Made by a program: the position numbers and the translations under genes. The notes beneath the pieces are model-generated. The model saw nothing but the letters and a program-made list of their open reading frames with translations, was not told where the DNA came from and made no database searches. Below are positions 1-8,475 of a stretch of DNA of 64,000 bases, one piece after another; the first letter of the stretch is position 1; every line of letters starts with the position of its first letter. Origin of the DNA: a virus (Duplodnaviria; Heunggongvirae; Uroviricota; Caudoviricetes); IMG/VR virus record IMGVR_UViG_3300033075_001617, positions 13,560-77,559 of that record; one strand, given 5' to 3'.

Positions 1-140
1 TCGTGAAGACCAACTCCTTGATACCCTGTTGGATGTCTGTCCAGTAGTCCCAGTTCTTACGGTCAGTGGAATCGGTGCCCTCTGACCATGGAACATGGAA
101 GGTCTTGCCGTTGGCTCCGTATTTCCGACTGAGGCTCATT
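1..140 (-). CDS. hypothetical protein, 5' part only (gene continues left of window)
   Basis: Minus-strand ATG at 138-140 opens a frame (MSLSRKYGANGKTFHVPWSEGTDSTDRKNWDYWTDIQQGIKELVFT...) that runs off the window start. Too short for the ORF track. Confidence 0.3.
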
Positions 141-214
141 ATCGCTTGGACGTGTGAAGACAAGGAATTGTTTCACAACAAAGATACACCCATGGCGCTC
201 ACCTATTTATCGAC

Positions 215-763
215 ATGGAGCGCACACAGGTTTTCAAGCTGCAAGCGGGGGACATCATCAACATGTTCACGCCCTTCAGCATGAAGAAGCCATTCTCATG
301 GCTTTCATTTCTCATCCGCAAGGCATCCAAGTCCACTTGGTCACACTCGGCCGTGGTCATAGACATCTGGGGCAGGACCTTCATTTGTGAGGCTCTCGCA
401 ACTGGCATCGTCGTACGTCCTATCGAGGAGTGGGGCGAAGGGGCTATTGTGTCGGTGTCTCGGCCCAAGGAGCCAGTGGACAAGAAAGAGTTCAGCTATC
501 GCGCGATGGCGCAGGTGGGTCACAAGGGATACGACTTCAGCGGCTTGTTGTGGTACCAACTGCTATATCAGATCACGGGCAGGTGGTACGGGCACACAAC
601 GGCATCAAGCCACACCACTGACCGCTTCTACTGTTCGGAGTACGCGGCGTGGCTCTATTCTCCATGCTTTCCGAAGTGGTACGAGACCACGCCACAGATG
701 TGTCACGATAACACGTGCCACTTCGACCACGTGTACGAGGGAGTGGACACTACGCTTTATTGA
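215..763 (+). CDS. hypothetical protein
   Basis: 182-aa ORF, the longest in its region, convergent with the Nudix gene. Has a DFSGLL...CSEY stretch faintly reminiscent of NlpC/P60-type peptidases but lacks a clear catalytic Cys motif. Confidence 0.35.
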   Translation: MERTQVFKLQAGDIINMFTPFSMKKPFSWLSFLIRKASKSTWSHSAVVIDIWGRTFICEALATGIVVRPIEEWGEGAIVSVSRPKEPVDKKEFSYRAMAQVGHKGYDFSGLLWYQLLYQITGRWYGHTTASSHTTDRFYCSEYAAWLYSPCFPKWYETTPQMCHDNTCHFDHVYEGVDTTLY

Positions 764-1244
764 ACCTGTCAAGGGCCTGATCGGGGTCCTCTTGTTTGAA
801 GGTCGCCACCTTATCGATGTAATATCGTAGCTCAACAGCGCGCGTGGTGTGCAGCGTGCGGTCAAAGCACCTAGGAATGATCCACTTCAGGTTGGTGAGA
901 ACATCCTTGTTGCCGATGAGCGAGTCCACACGGTGGATTTCCAGCGGCTCATCAGTCATGGACTTCGCCTCGGATAGATCCCCGAAATACCAATAGAAGT
1001 TGACCTCGTAATCCGGGCCGACCAGTTCCACACACTCGTTCCAAGCATCGCCGCTGATGGTGATACCAGCCTCCTCGCGGAACTCCCTCTCCATCGCCTG
1101 CCGGAACGTTTCTCCATCCTCGACCTTCCCACCAACGCCATTGAGCCTTCCCTTCTGCTTCTCCGGTCTGTTCTTGCGTATCAACAGAACGTTCTCGAAG
1201 TTCCTGTCGAACAGGAAGCCGCACACGTATGTTTGCCTTGCCAT
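750..1244 (-). CDS. Nudix hydrolase
   Basis: Nudix box GVGGKVEDGETFRQAMEREFREEAGI matches GX5EX7REUXEEXGU. 164 aa, first gene of a co-directional operon. Confidence 0.8.
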   Translation of the reverse strand: MARQTYVCGFLFDRNFENVLLIRKNRPEKQKGRLNGVGGKVEDGETFRQAMEREFREEAGITISGDAWNECVELVGPDYEVNFYWYFGDLSEAKSMTDEPLEIHRVDSLIGNKDVLTNLKWIIPRCFDRTLHTTRAVELRYYIDKVATFKQEDPDQALDRFNKA

Positions 1245-1272
1245 AGTATCACCCTTTCTGCAAAGATAGTAC

Positions 1273-1755
1273 TTATGGTCTCTCGGCTGCTATCTCGCGT
1301 ATTACGGCCTTGACCGTGAATGGTTCCGGCAACTCACGCCACTCTTTGATCTCCTTCGAGGCGGAGGGTTGTGTTCTGAAAAACATAGTGATATGTTGCA
1401 CATCGTTCTTGGACATGTATCCAGTCACCTTGAACGCGGCGGCTTCATTGGTCATGCCGAAGTGCGTCACCTGCAATGCCACATCGGCACCTATATCACC
1501 CAGCATCTTCCGATGCAATGGAAGCTCACCAAGGCATATGGTCATGTGGTAATCATCGGGTCGCTTCCAGCCATCCAATGATTCATCAGTGTCCCTTGAA
1601 AGACGCAGCAGCTTGCGCACCTCATCTTTGGCCACCTCCTCCAGTTTTCTGCAATCAGATCGATCCTCAACAACAGCACCAGTGTACGCCACTCCGTACG
1701 GCCGATCGTACATCTCCCGCACAACGGACTTCACGATCGATTTCACCTTATCCAT
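1273..1755 (-). CDS. 2H-family phosphoesterase (LigT/CPDase-like)
   Basis: Two H-x-T/S-x motifs (HMTI and HITM) about 70 aa apart in a 160-aa protein, the signature of 2H cyclic phosphodiesterases and 2'-5' RNA ligases. Confidence 0.6.
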   Translation of the reverse strand: MDKVKSIVKSVVREMYDRPYGVAYTGAVVEDRSDCRKLEEVAKDEVRKLLRLSRDTDESLDGWKRPDDYHMTICLGELPLHRKMLGDIGADVALQVTHFGMTNEAAAFKVTGYMSKNDVQHITMFFRTQPSASKEIKEWRELPEPFTVKAVIREIAAERP

Positions 1756-2536
1756 TCCTCGCGCTGGTTCCGATGATGCCCACTCGGGCTTGCTGCGGCT
1801 TGATGGGCTCGGTCATCAATCTCCACGGCGTCTTGTCGCTCATCATGTGATCAAGGCCGTTCATGGCCTCCATGGCGCGCAATAGGCGCTCGTTCTTCTC
1901 GATCACTTCCGAGAAGTTCAAGTACTGACCGTACGTCACCGGCTTCTTGCTTGCCTCCTCGCGCTCTCCGGACTTGATCACGAATATCTCCTCTCCGTTC
2001 TTGGGATAGGTGATGTCGATGAAATACGCCGTGCCGAAGGTATCGTTCACCTGCTTTAGCGCCTCGTTCATCTTCTCCTGTGTCGGTGTCATGCGCGCCT
2101 CGCTCCAAGGCTTTATCCAGAAGTTCTCAGGGTCTGCGGACTTGTCGGCGTGTACTACGAAGTTTCCATTGAGGTCCTCGAATATCTTCTTCGGCTTGAC
2201 GTTCTTGAGCACCCAAGCGCACATGAGCACATCGAACCGGGGCGCTGGTTCCACCTTGGCGCGTTCCAATGCTCCTCCAGCGCCGAATCGCTTGTCCTCC
2301 ATGAACCGCTCATAGTCCTTCTGTCGCTCTGTACGTTGACGCTGCGGTACACGCGGTTCATTCACAACAGGTCTGATGACGGGGGTCTTGTTCTCGATCC
2401 CCATCTCCTTGGCGTTCATGGCGGAACCTCCCAGATGGAATCTGGACTTGTGCTGCGTATCCCGACGGATCATCACGTTGTGCTCGAACGGGATGTTGCG
2501 GGCCACCTCTTCACGTATGAGAGTTCTCAGGTTCAT
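1748..2536 (-). CDS. hypothetical protein
   Basis: 262-aa ORF whose end overlaps the next gene's start (operon-style). No P-loop or other recognisable motif. Confidence 0.5.
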   Translation of the reverse strand: MNLRTLIREEVARNIPFEHNVMIRRDTQHKSRFHLGGSAMNAKEMGIENKTPVIRPVVNEPRVPQRQRTERQKDYERFMEDKRFGAGGALERAKVEPAPRFDVLMCAWVLKNVKPKKIFEDLNGNFVVHADKSADPENFWIKPWSEARMTPTQEKMNEALKQVNDTFGTAYFIDITYPKNGEEIFVIKSGEREEASKKPVTYGQYLNFSEVIEKNERLLRAMEAMNGLDHMMSDKTPWRLMTEPIKPQQARVGIIGTSARNG

Positions 2537-2901
2537 TGTTCACTTATCGAGAAGGCAAGTATCTCGTTCTTATCGATGTTGAGCTTGTTCCACTTCAGGT
2601 AATAGTCCAGCATGGTCTCAGCGTCCATCTGCTTAGGGTCTGTTCCGGTCTGATAGAACTCAACGACCTCAGCCATGTCGTTCTTCACCTTGTCCGTAGG
2701 CTGCCCTTCCAAGATGCTGATGATGTCGTTCTCGTTCCCGTTGACGCCCTTCTGCCTCATGAACGCCATGAGGCCCTCTATGTCAACGGTGCGCCCTTGA
2801 GCCACAGCAGGAGTATCCGTCTGGTGCATGGCCATATCCATGGCCGATACCTCGTTCACAATACTGCGTATGAGGTTCCTTATTTCGTCAGTTGGCTTCA
2901 T
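2533..2901 (-). CDS. hypothetical protein
   Basis: 122-aa ORF coupled by 4-nt overlaps to both neighbours. Confidence 0.45.
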   Translation of the reverse strand: MKPTDEIRNLIRSIVNEVSAMDMAMHQTDTPAVAQGRTVDIEGLMAFMRQKGVNGNENDIISILEGQPTDKVKNDMAEVVEFYQTGTDPKQMDAETMLDYYLKWNKLNIDKNEILAFSISEQ

Positions 2902-3869
2902 GGGGTGTACTTCGCTTCGGCGTCATCACGCGTCAGGTCCCTATAAATACCTTCCAGCGACCGCCTTATGCCTTCTGCGGGGATATTCCCAGTCATCATG
3001 CCCTCCATGACGGATATCATATTCTGTGGTTCCTCTTGGTACAACTCCTGTAGATAGTACTCCATCACCTCCGGTCGCCTGTCGGTAAGGTCAGCGAAAT
3101 TCCCGCGCAAGAAATCCCTGACCATGGCGTATACCTGTTCCCCGTACTTCAGGTCGATGGCCTCATTCCGGTTGGTGTCGGTATACTCCATGACCGCCTC
3201 GGCTATAGCGTGGTCCTTCGGGAGCCCGCTCATGGCGATCAATTCGTACATGCCCTTGATGGTTTCATGTATGAGCACCGGCATAATGATGGCTTCCGCC
3301 TGTATGACCCACCTCCCGTTCTTGTGCTCCAAATGCATTCTACCCAGTATCCGTGATTTCTGTGCATCCCCTTCGGACTTGGACTCGATAAGCTCATCAG
3401 GTGTCGCCCGCATGTACTTCAAGTTCAGTTCGTTGAAAATGTCGTAGGCCTCGACCAGTTCAGGGTTCGCCTCTCTAAAGTCATCACGCAGATGATGAAC
3501 ACCATGTGTTCCTATACTGGCGCCCTGTGTCATCATGTTGATGGCCTTGCGCTTACGATAGAGGTCCATAAGCTCCGCATTGAACTTGGGCTCCTCCATC
3601 GCTCCGGGGTCTGGTGGCATGATATAGTCCACGAGCTTCGCCTTCACTCGGACCCAACCCTTGTTGTTCATGAATATGGGGAAGTTGTTGAAGACGATGG
3701 ATGTCGCCAGCCGCTCCATTTCCTCTCGCATCGGTCGCTCGAACTCTTGAATGAACATCAACGCGTCACGCATGTCGATGAGGTCACCGTAAGACAACGG
3801 CTCCAATGGAATGCGCGCCTTGACCGCATCTACCACCTCGCGCGAGAACACATCACCTATCCTCAGCAT
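2898..3869 (-). CDS. hypothetical protein
   Basis: 323-aa ORF in the operon. No diagnostic motif recognised. Confidence 0.5.
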   Translation of the reverse strand: MLRIGDVFSREVVDAVKARIPLEPLSYGDLIDMRDALMFIQEFERPMREEMERLATSIVFNNFPIFMNNKGWVRVKAKLVDYIMPPDPGAMEEPKFNAELMDLYRKRKAINMMTQGASIGTHGVHHLRDDFREANPELVEAYDIFNELNLKYMRATPDELIESKSEGDAQKSRILGRMHLEHKNGRWVIQAEAIIMPVLIHETIKGMYELIAMSGLPKDHAIAEAVMEYTDTNRNEAIDLKYGEQVYAMVRDFLRGNFADLTDRRPEVMEYYLQELYQEEPQNMISVMEGMMTGNIPAEGIRRSLEGIYRDLTRDDAEAKYTP

Positions 3870-4011
3870 TCTTCGGGCGGGGTATGGGTGTGGTCTCCGG
3901 GTCGGGGTATATCCGACGTCTCGGTATCACAACAGGTTTCGCAGGGGCTATCTCAACCTCTTTCTCTCTTTCCATCATGCAGTAACTTGCATGATGTAAA
4001 TATAGCAACCC

Positions 4012-4545
4012 CTAAGGAAAGGTTATGTAAGAGACTGGCACGTGGTCCGTGAGCCACACACCGTTGTCGGAGATGAAGAACTTGTGACCATCGTTGTGCA
4101 TGTGCTTTGCGGCCACCTCCAAGATGATGGCCTCACCCCGCCGCGTTCCGACCTTGGTGGCGGTCTCAACGTCCTTGGATAGATGCACGTGATGGCGGCT
4201 CATCTTTTGGAGACCCTCCTTCTGTATGGGGCCCAAGAACTTCTCGACCGTACCATGATAGAGGACCAGAGGCGGTACTTGCGACTTGAGGCCAAGGTCC
4301 ACATCGAGGGAGTGACCCTGTGCGGCTCTTATGCGCAGTCCGTCCTCGCTCAGGACATATCGTTTCTTGTCGTTCTCCGCCACGATGGATTCCAATTCTT
4401 CCCGCGTGACGACCTTGTTGTGCTTGGCCAGTTGCGACAGAAGCACGTCCACATCGACCCACCCCGCCTTGTCCAGTTTGATGCCTATGGTCTCAGGCTT
4501 ATGCCGCAGCACCAAGCTGAGGAATCTCGATACGTCTTTTCCCAT
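4012..4545 (-). CDS. kptA: RNA 2'-phosphotransferase Tpt1/KptA
   Basis: Near full-length match to the KptA/Tpt1 family: SRFLSLVLRHKPETIGIKLDKAGWVDVDVLL, RIRAAQGHS, LYHGT, HVHLS, GVWLT. 177 aa, typical size. Confidence 0.93.
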   Translation of the reverse strand: MGKDVSRFLSLVLRHKPETIGIKLDKAGWVDVDVLLSQLAKHNKVVTREELESIVAENDKKRYVLSEDGLRIRAAQGHSLDVDLGLKSQVPPLVLYHGTVEKFLGPIQKEGLQKMSRHHVHLSKDVETATKVGTRRGEAIILEVAAKHMHNDGHKFFISDNGVWLTDHVPVSYITFP

Positions 4546-4690
4546 CAGTTTGCGTATGCGGCGTACGTCGGCTTCTTTGGTCGTGTCGTTCTGGTAGGCC
4601 GTTCACTGAAGGTCACCAAAAGCACCAAGGCGAATACACCCACGGTGAGCGCTCCTATGGTAAGCACATCCAATATGTCATTTGTCTTTT

Positions 4691-6223
4691 TCATGCAAGC
4701 TTTGCTTTTTTCATTACCTCCAACTTCATCTTCTCGTAGCCATAAATATCCGACATCGGCTTGCGAATGTGAACATCGTTCGTATTCATTAGGATATCGC
4801 TCATCATGAACTCCGATGGATGCTCATACCCAGCGGCATAGGTCAAAGCAAGGATGTCCTTGCGGAGCGTCTTTATGAACCGCGCGATGCGTGGCGACTT
4901 ATCGTTGATATCGAAGCCGCGCTGAAGCCACCAGTTGTGGGTGGCGATACCAGCGGGGCATGTTCCCAATGCGCACTGCTTGGCCTGAATGCAGCCAGCC
5001 GACAACATGATCTCGCGGGCGATATTGATCATGTCGGCACCCATGGCGAAGGCGCGTACAGCCTTGGCCGGAAGTCCCAGTTTGGCGGATGCGATGAATA
5101 CCACCTTATCAGTAAGACCTTGCGTTTGGAACGCCTTGTAGACAGTCGTGAAAGCGTCGTTGAACGGCAGGCTCATGTGGTCGGAGAACGGAACGGGAGC
5201 GGCGCCTGTGCCACCTTCTCCACCATCGATGGTGATGAAGTCCGGACCCTTGCCCGTCTGTGCCATGCGCTCAGCCAACTCCAGCCAGAAGTCCTCTTTG
5301 CCGACCGCCGACTTGATGCCAACGGGCCTGCCCGTGTAGTCGGCGATCAATTCCACGAAACCGATGAGCTTGTCGACCGAGTCTATGCCATCGTGGTTGG
5401 CTGGGGAGATAACGTCATGACCTTTAGGGACGCCACGAATGGCGGATATCTCGTCGGTTACCTTGTCAGCGGGGAGCACGCCTCCCTTGCCAGCCTTGGC
5501 TCCCTGCGATAGCTTGATCTCGATGGCTTTGATCGATGGGTTTTTTGCGATCAGGTCCATCAGGATGGTCATGTCGAACTTGCGCTTGCCATCGGGCATC
5601 GTAATGCCGCAACCGAAGTAACCTGTTCCTACTTGGAAGACCACTTGATCCGCCCCCGCGTGATAGGGCGAGAATCCTCCCTCTCCCGTATTATGATATG
5701 CCCCGGCCTCGCGCGCCCCAAGGCCGTTCGCCATGGTAGCCTTCCATCCCAAGGCGCCATAGCTCATGGCGGAAATGTTGATGATGGATGTCGGCTGATA
5801 GGGATGCTTGCGGCGTGGACCTATTACCTTCCGGCATCCGACCTGATCCGTGTGTGGATCCTCCTTGGGAAATCCTGCGGGTAGGATGAAGAAATGGTCA
5901 TTCGATGTGAAATCGGCATCCGAGCCGAAGCCCATAAGGTTGTTCTGGTCCTTGGCTGAGGCATAGATGTAGGTACGCTCAACACGATTGAATGGTTGTC
6001 CATTCCTATCATTCTCAACGAAGTACTGCTGGATCTCGGGACGCACTTTTTCCGCGACAGGGCGAGCATTCCCTATCAGGGGGAAGTTGGTTTGGATGGT
6101 GTGCTTCTTGTTGAAGAAAAGGTCACGCACCAGCAAAACCAGCGCAGCAAGAACGACCGCAACGGTGATGCAGCCAATTGCGATGATGGCCATCATACCA
6201 ATATCGATGAACATTGTGCGCAT
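4691..6223 (-). CDS. glutamate-synthase domain-2-like FMN-dependent oxidoreductase
   Basis: GltB central-domain signatures GEGGFSPYH, ISPANHDGIDS, IDGGEGGTGAAP and GLPAKAV..AMGAD. N-terminal hydrophobic segment. 510 aa. Confidence 0.75.
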   Translation of the reverse strand: MRTMFIDIGMMAIIAIGCITVAVVLAALVLLVRDLFFNKKHTIQTNFPLIGNARPVAEKVRPEIQQYFVENDRNGQPFNRVERTYIYASAKDQNNLMGFGSDADFTSNDHFFILPAGFPKEDPHTDQVGCRKVIGPRRKHPYQPTSIINISAMSYGALGWKATMANGLGAREAGAYHNTGEGGFSPYHAGADQVVFQVGTGYFGCGITMPDGKRKFDMTILMDLIAKNPSIKAIEIKLSQGAKAGKGGVLPADKVTDEISAIRGVPKGHDVISPANHDGIDSVDKLIGFVELIADYTGRPVGIKSAVGKEDFWLELAERMAQTGKGPDFITIDGGEGGTGAAPVPFSDHMSLPFNDAFTTVYKAFQTQGLTDKVVFIASAKLGLPAKAVRAFAMGADMINIAREIMLSAGCIQAKQCALGTCPAGIATHNWWLQRGFDINDKSPRIARFIKTLRKDILALTYAAGYEHPSEFMMSDILMNTNDVHIRKPMSDIYGYEKMKLEVMKKAKLA

Positions 6224-6228
6224 AGTCA

Positions 6229-6283
6229 GGTTTTATTCTGTTATACGAACAGGGCGGTGATTTTGTTTCACCGCCCTGTTCGT
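6229..6283. other. long perfect hairpin (15-bp stem, loop TTTTGTT)
   Basis: cgaacagggcggtga-ttttgtt-tcaccgccctgttcg, immediately upstream of the GltS-like gene start. No flanking T-run, so not a classical terminator. Confidence 0.5.
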
Positions 6284-6467
6284 GCGACATGGAACCTTTA
6301 TGCCCCGTCGTCCTCGGTGTGTACCGAAGTGACCTTCTTGGACCTCTTCAGCTTCTTGTGTGTGATGTTCTCGGCAAGGATATCATCTCTCATGTCCTTC
6401 ATCAAGAACTCAAGCATCTCCCATGTCAACTTCTTGCCTATCAGTGGCGCGTATTTCTTGTTATCCA

Positions 6468-6740
6468 TCATGTATTCGTATTAGCCGTAGCCGGTATAGC
6501 GTTCTTGGCGCCTCCATTCTTGAGACGCGTCATTTGCGTTTTGGATTCCATGTCAAGCTCGCCTAGGACTTCCTTCAGCGACTGGAGGAACTTGGGGTCG
6601 TTGGAGTAGACATTGATGGACCCATCAGGAGCCACTCCCATGAAGTGCTTGAGTTCTCCGTTCACCAGTACCGCCTCGAAGCGCCCGGTGTCCTTTGAGC
6701 CCCAGTTCAGTTCAATGATCCCACGTTCGTTCTTTTCCAT
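6468..6740 (-). CDS. hypothetical protein
   Basis: 90-aa ORF in the operon. Confidence 0.4.
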   Translation of the reverse strand: MEKNERGIIELNWGSKDTGRFEAVLVNGELKHFMGVAPDGSINVYSNDPKFLQSLKEVLGELDMESKTQMTRLKNGGAKNAIPATANTNT

Positions 6741-6801
6741 GATGTCCGCTGTCTGCGCGGTTATACGGACAAAGGTCGTACAAAGTTACGTACTAGGCAA
6801 A

Positions 6802-7173
6802 CTAATTCTTATGTTGTACGCCCTCCATCTGGAGAGTTATCTCATTGCACAGGGCGCTGAGTTCAGCGGCCTTCTGGGGATCCAAGAGACTGTTGGCGTC
6901 CAATCTGCGGCGAGCGCCATTGGCATCCACGGCGAACAGATCGAATGCGCCTCCGTCCTTCTGCAACGTCACGGCGACAATGTCTCCCACGGGGTTGTTC
7001 ATGCGCATGGTCAGACCATCCGGGGTCGGAGTGCCATGCTGGCCCACGAGCCGCTGCAACCGCACGTAGTTCGCCTCAGGCGATGCGATGTCAAGGTCAT
7101 CGGCTTTGGTGACCAAGTTCTCATTGAACTCGGAGACGGTCTCCCTTATCAGGCGTTGAAGCAGGTTCCTCAT
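6802..7173 (-). CDS. hypothetical protein (in frame with upstream aaRS-like ORF across one TGA)
   Basis: 123-aa ORF whose ATG lies 5 codons after the TGA stop of the aaRS-like gene, in the same frame. Confidence 0.45.
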   Translation of the reverse strand: MRNLLQRLIRETVSEFNENLVTKADDLDIASPEANYVRLQRLVGQHGTPTPDGLTMRMNNPVGDIVAVTLQKDGGAFDLFAVDANGARRRLDANSLLDPQKAAELSALCNEITLQMEGVQHKN

Positions 7174-7188
7174 CGCAGATAAATAGTG

Positions 7189-8436
7189 TCAATCCAATGA
7201 CTCCGGATGGTCTACGCGCTCAACCGAATACAGCCCAAGCTTCTTCAGTCCAAGTTGCAGGTCCAACATCAACCCGGAGAACATCGCATGATTCTCGGGG
7301 TTACCGGAGATACGGTGTGTCCTGTAGATGGAATTGATGCGCGTGCAATGGTTGAAGAGCGCCATGAAGAGCCAATTCGGCTCACGTTGCCAGAGCGCCC
7401 TTGCATAGGCGTAGCTCAATTTCCATGAACGGAACTCATCGCCACACACGAGTTCTATCCCGGCGCTACAAAGACGAGCATTGGTGTAGCTGATGTAGAG
7501 GCCAAGGGAGATGTTGACATCCGACAGCGTCTTACCATCGATCTTCTTGGTGGTCTTTGGAGCGGCCTTCAGTATGTGGCCCGCGAGCACGTTGTAGGCG
7601 AGATGGTCGTCGCCGAACATCTCATTGAGCTTCTCCAATATCTCCTTGGCGTAGATCTCCTTCTTCTCTTCCTCAGTCTTCTCGGTACCATCCTCGTTCC
7701 GGCTGGACATCTTGAGCCCATTGAGGAGCACCAGCCCGAGTCCCACGTGGTCGGTGTGGGGGAACAACTTCTTGAGCAATCCGAAGTGTTGATTCTGCTC
7801 GCTCCCCGTGAGATAGAGCGTAGGCTTGTTGAGGTAATTGGCCAACGCCACGTCCTGATAGAAGTAGGTAGTGCTTCCGTCGCTCTTGAGCCCAACGATC
7901 TTCTGTCCTTCGATATTGAAGACCTTGGTGCCCACATAGTCCAACGGTGCTCCATTGCGGTCTACACCGTCATAGGTTCCGTTCTCCAGCAGTCCATCCT
8001 TGTTCAGAGACATCTCCGAGGCAAAGAACGTGTGATGCACCGGGTAGTCGAAGCGCAAGCAATAACCATAGAAGGACGCGAGAGCATCTGACTTGCTCAC
8101 TTGTCCCGTTATGGTGTCACCAAGTATGGCGATGGTCTCCCGCGAGACGCCCATCGATTGGTACGCCTTGGCGAGGACCAAGTTCGAGAGGTGGCCCAAA
8201 TGCAGGTGCTTGTTGAGGTTCGGGGAGAACCCATCTAGGTACTGGTAGGGCTCGGGGTGCCGAAAGAGCCCGCTGGTGACCTCCGGCATCACAAGGTTGG
8301 TGTACCGCCCTGCGGAGGCCGTCTGTATGCCATGATACGCGCACCACTGCTTGATCTCCTCTTGTGGCTCACCATACACGCACAGTCCCTCCCCGAACTC
8401 CGGGGGAGTAAGACCAATCTTCGGCTCTATCTTCAT
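7189..8436 (-). CDS. class I aminoacyl-tRNA synthetase-like protein (ArgRS-like catalytic domain)
   Basis: HIGH-type motif SPNLNKHLHLGHLSNLVLAKAY and KMSKS-type motif GLKMSSR. The context around HIGH resembles arginyl-tRNA synthetases. 415 aa, shorter than a full ArgRS. Confidence 0.65.
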   Translation of the reverse strand: MKIEPKIGLTPPEFGEGLCVYGEPQEEIKQWCAYHGIQTASAGRYTNLVMPEVTSGLFRHPEPYQYLDGFSPNLNKHLHLGHLSNLVLAKAYQSMGVSRETIAILGDTITGQVSKSDALASFYGYCLRFDYPVHHTFFASEMSLNKDGLLENGTYDGVDRNGAPLDYVGTKVFNIEGQKIVGLKSDGSTTYFYQDVALANYLNKPTLYLTGSEQNQHFGLLKKLFPHTDHVGLGLVLLNGLKMSSRNEDGTEKTEEEKKEIYAKEILEKLNEMFGDDHLAYNVLAGHILKAAPKTTKKIDGKTLSDVNISLGLYISYTNARLCSAGIELVCGDEFRSWKLSYAYARALWQREPNWLFMALFNHCTRINSIYRTHRISGNPENHAMFSGLMLDLQLGLKKLGLYSVERVDHPESLD

Positions 8437-8475
8437 GACCCTTATACGATCGAACGTCGATTATTGTTCCAAGGA

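Noticed and set aside
952-1224. GC-rich Arg/Gly/Pro-rich alternative-frame ORFs inside long genes (e.g. 952..1224, 8117..8347, 10555..10821, 26049..26243, 58775..59197)
   Set aside because: Typical antisense or off-frame artefacts embedded in longer ORFs with recognisable protein domains.
7576-8091. 171-aa plus-strand ORF antisense to the aaRS-like gene
   Set aside because: Lies fully inside a gene with conserved HIGH/KMSKS motifs on the other strand. Leu/Val-rich mirror-frame artefact.
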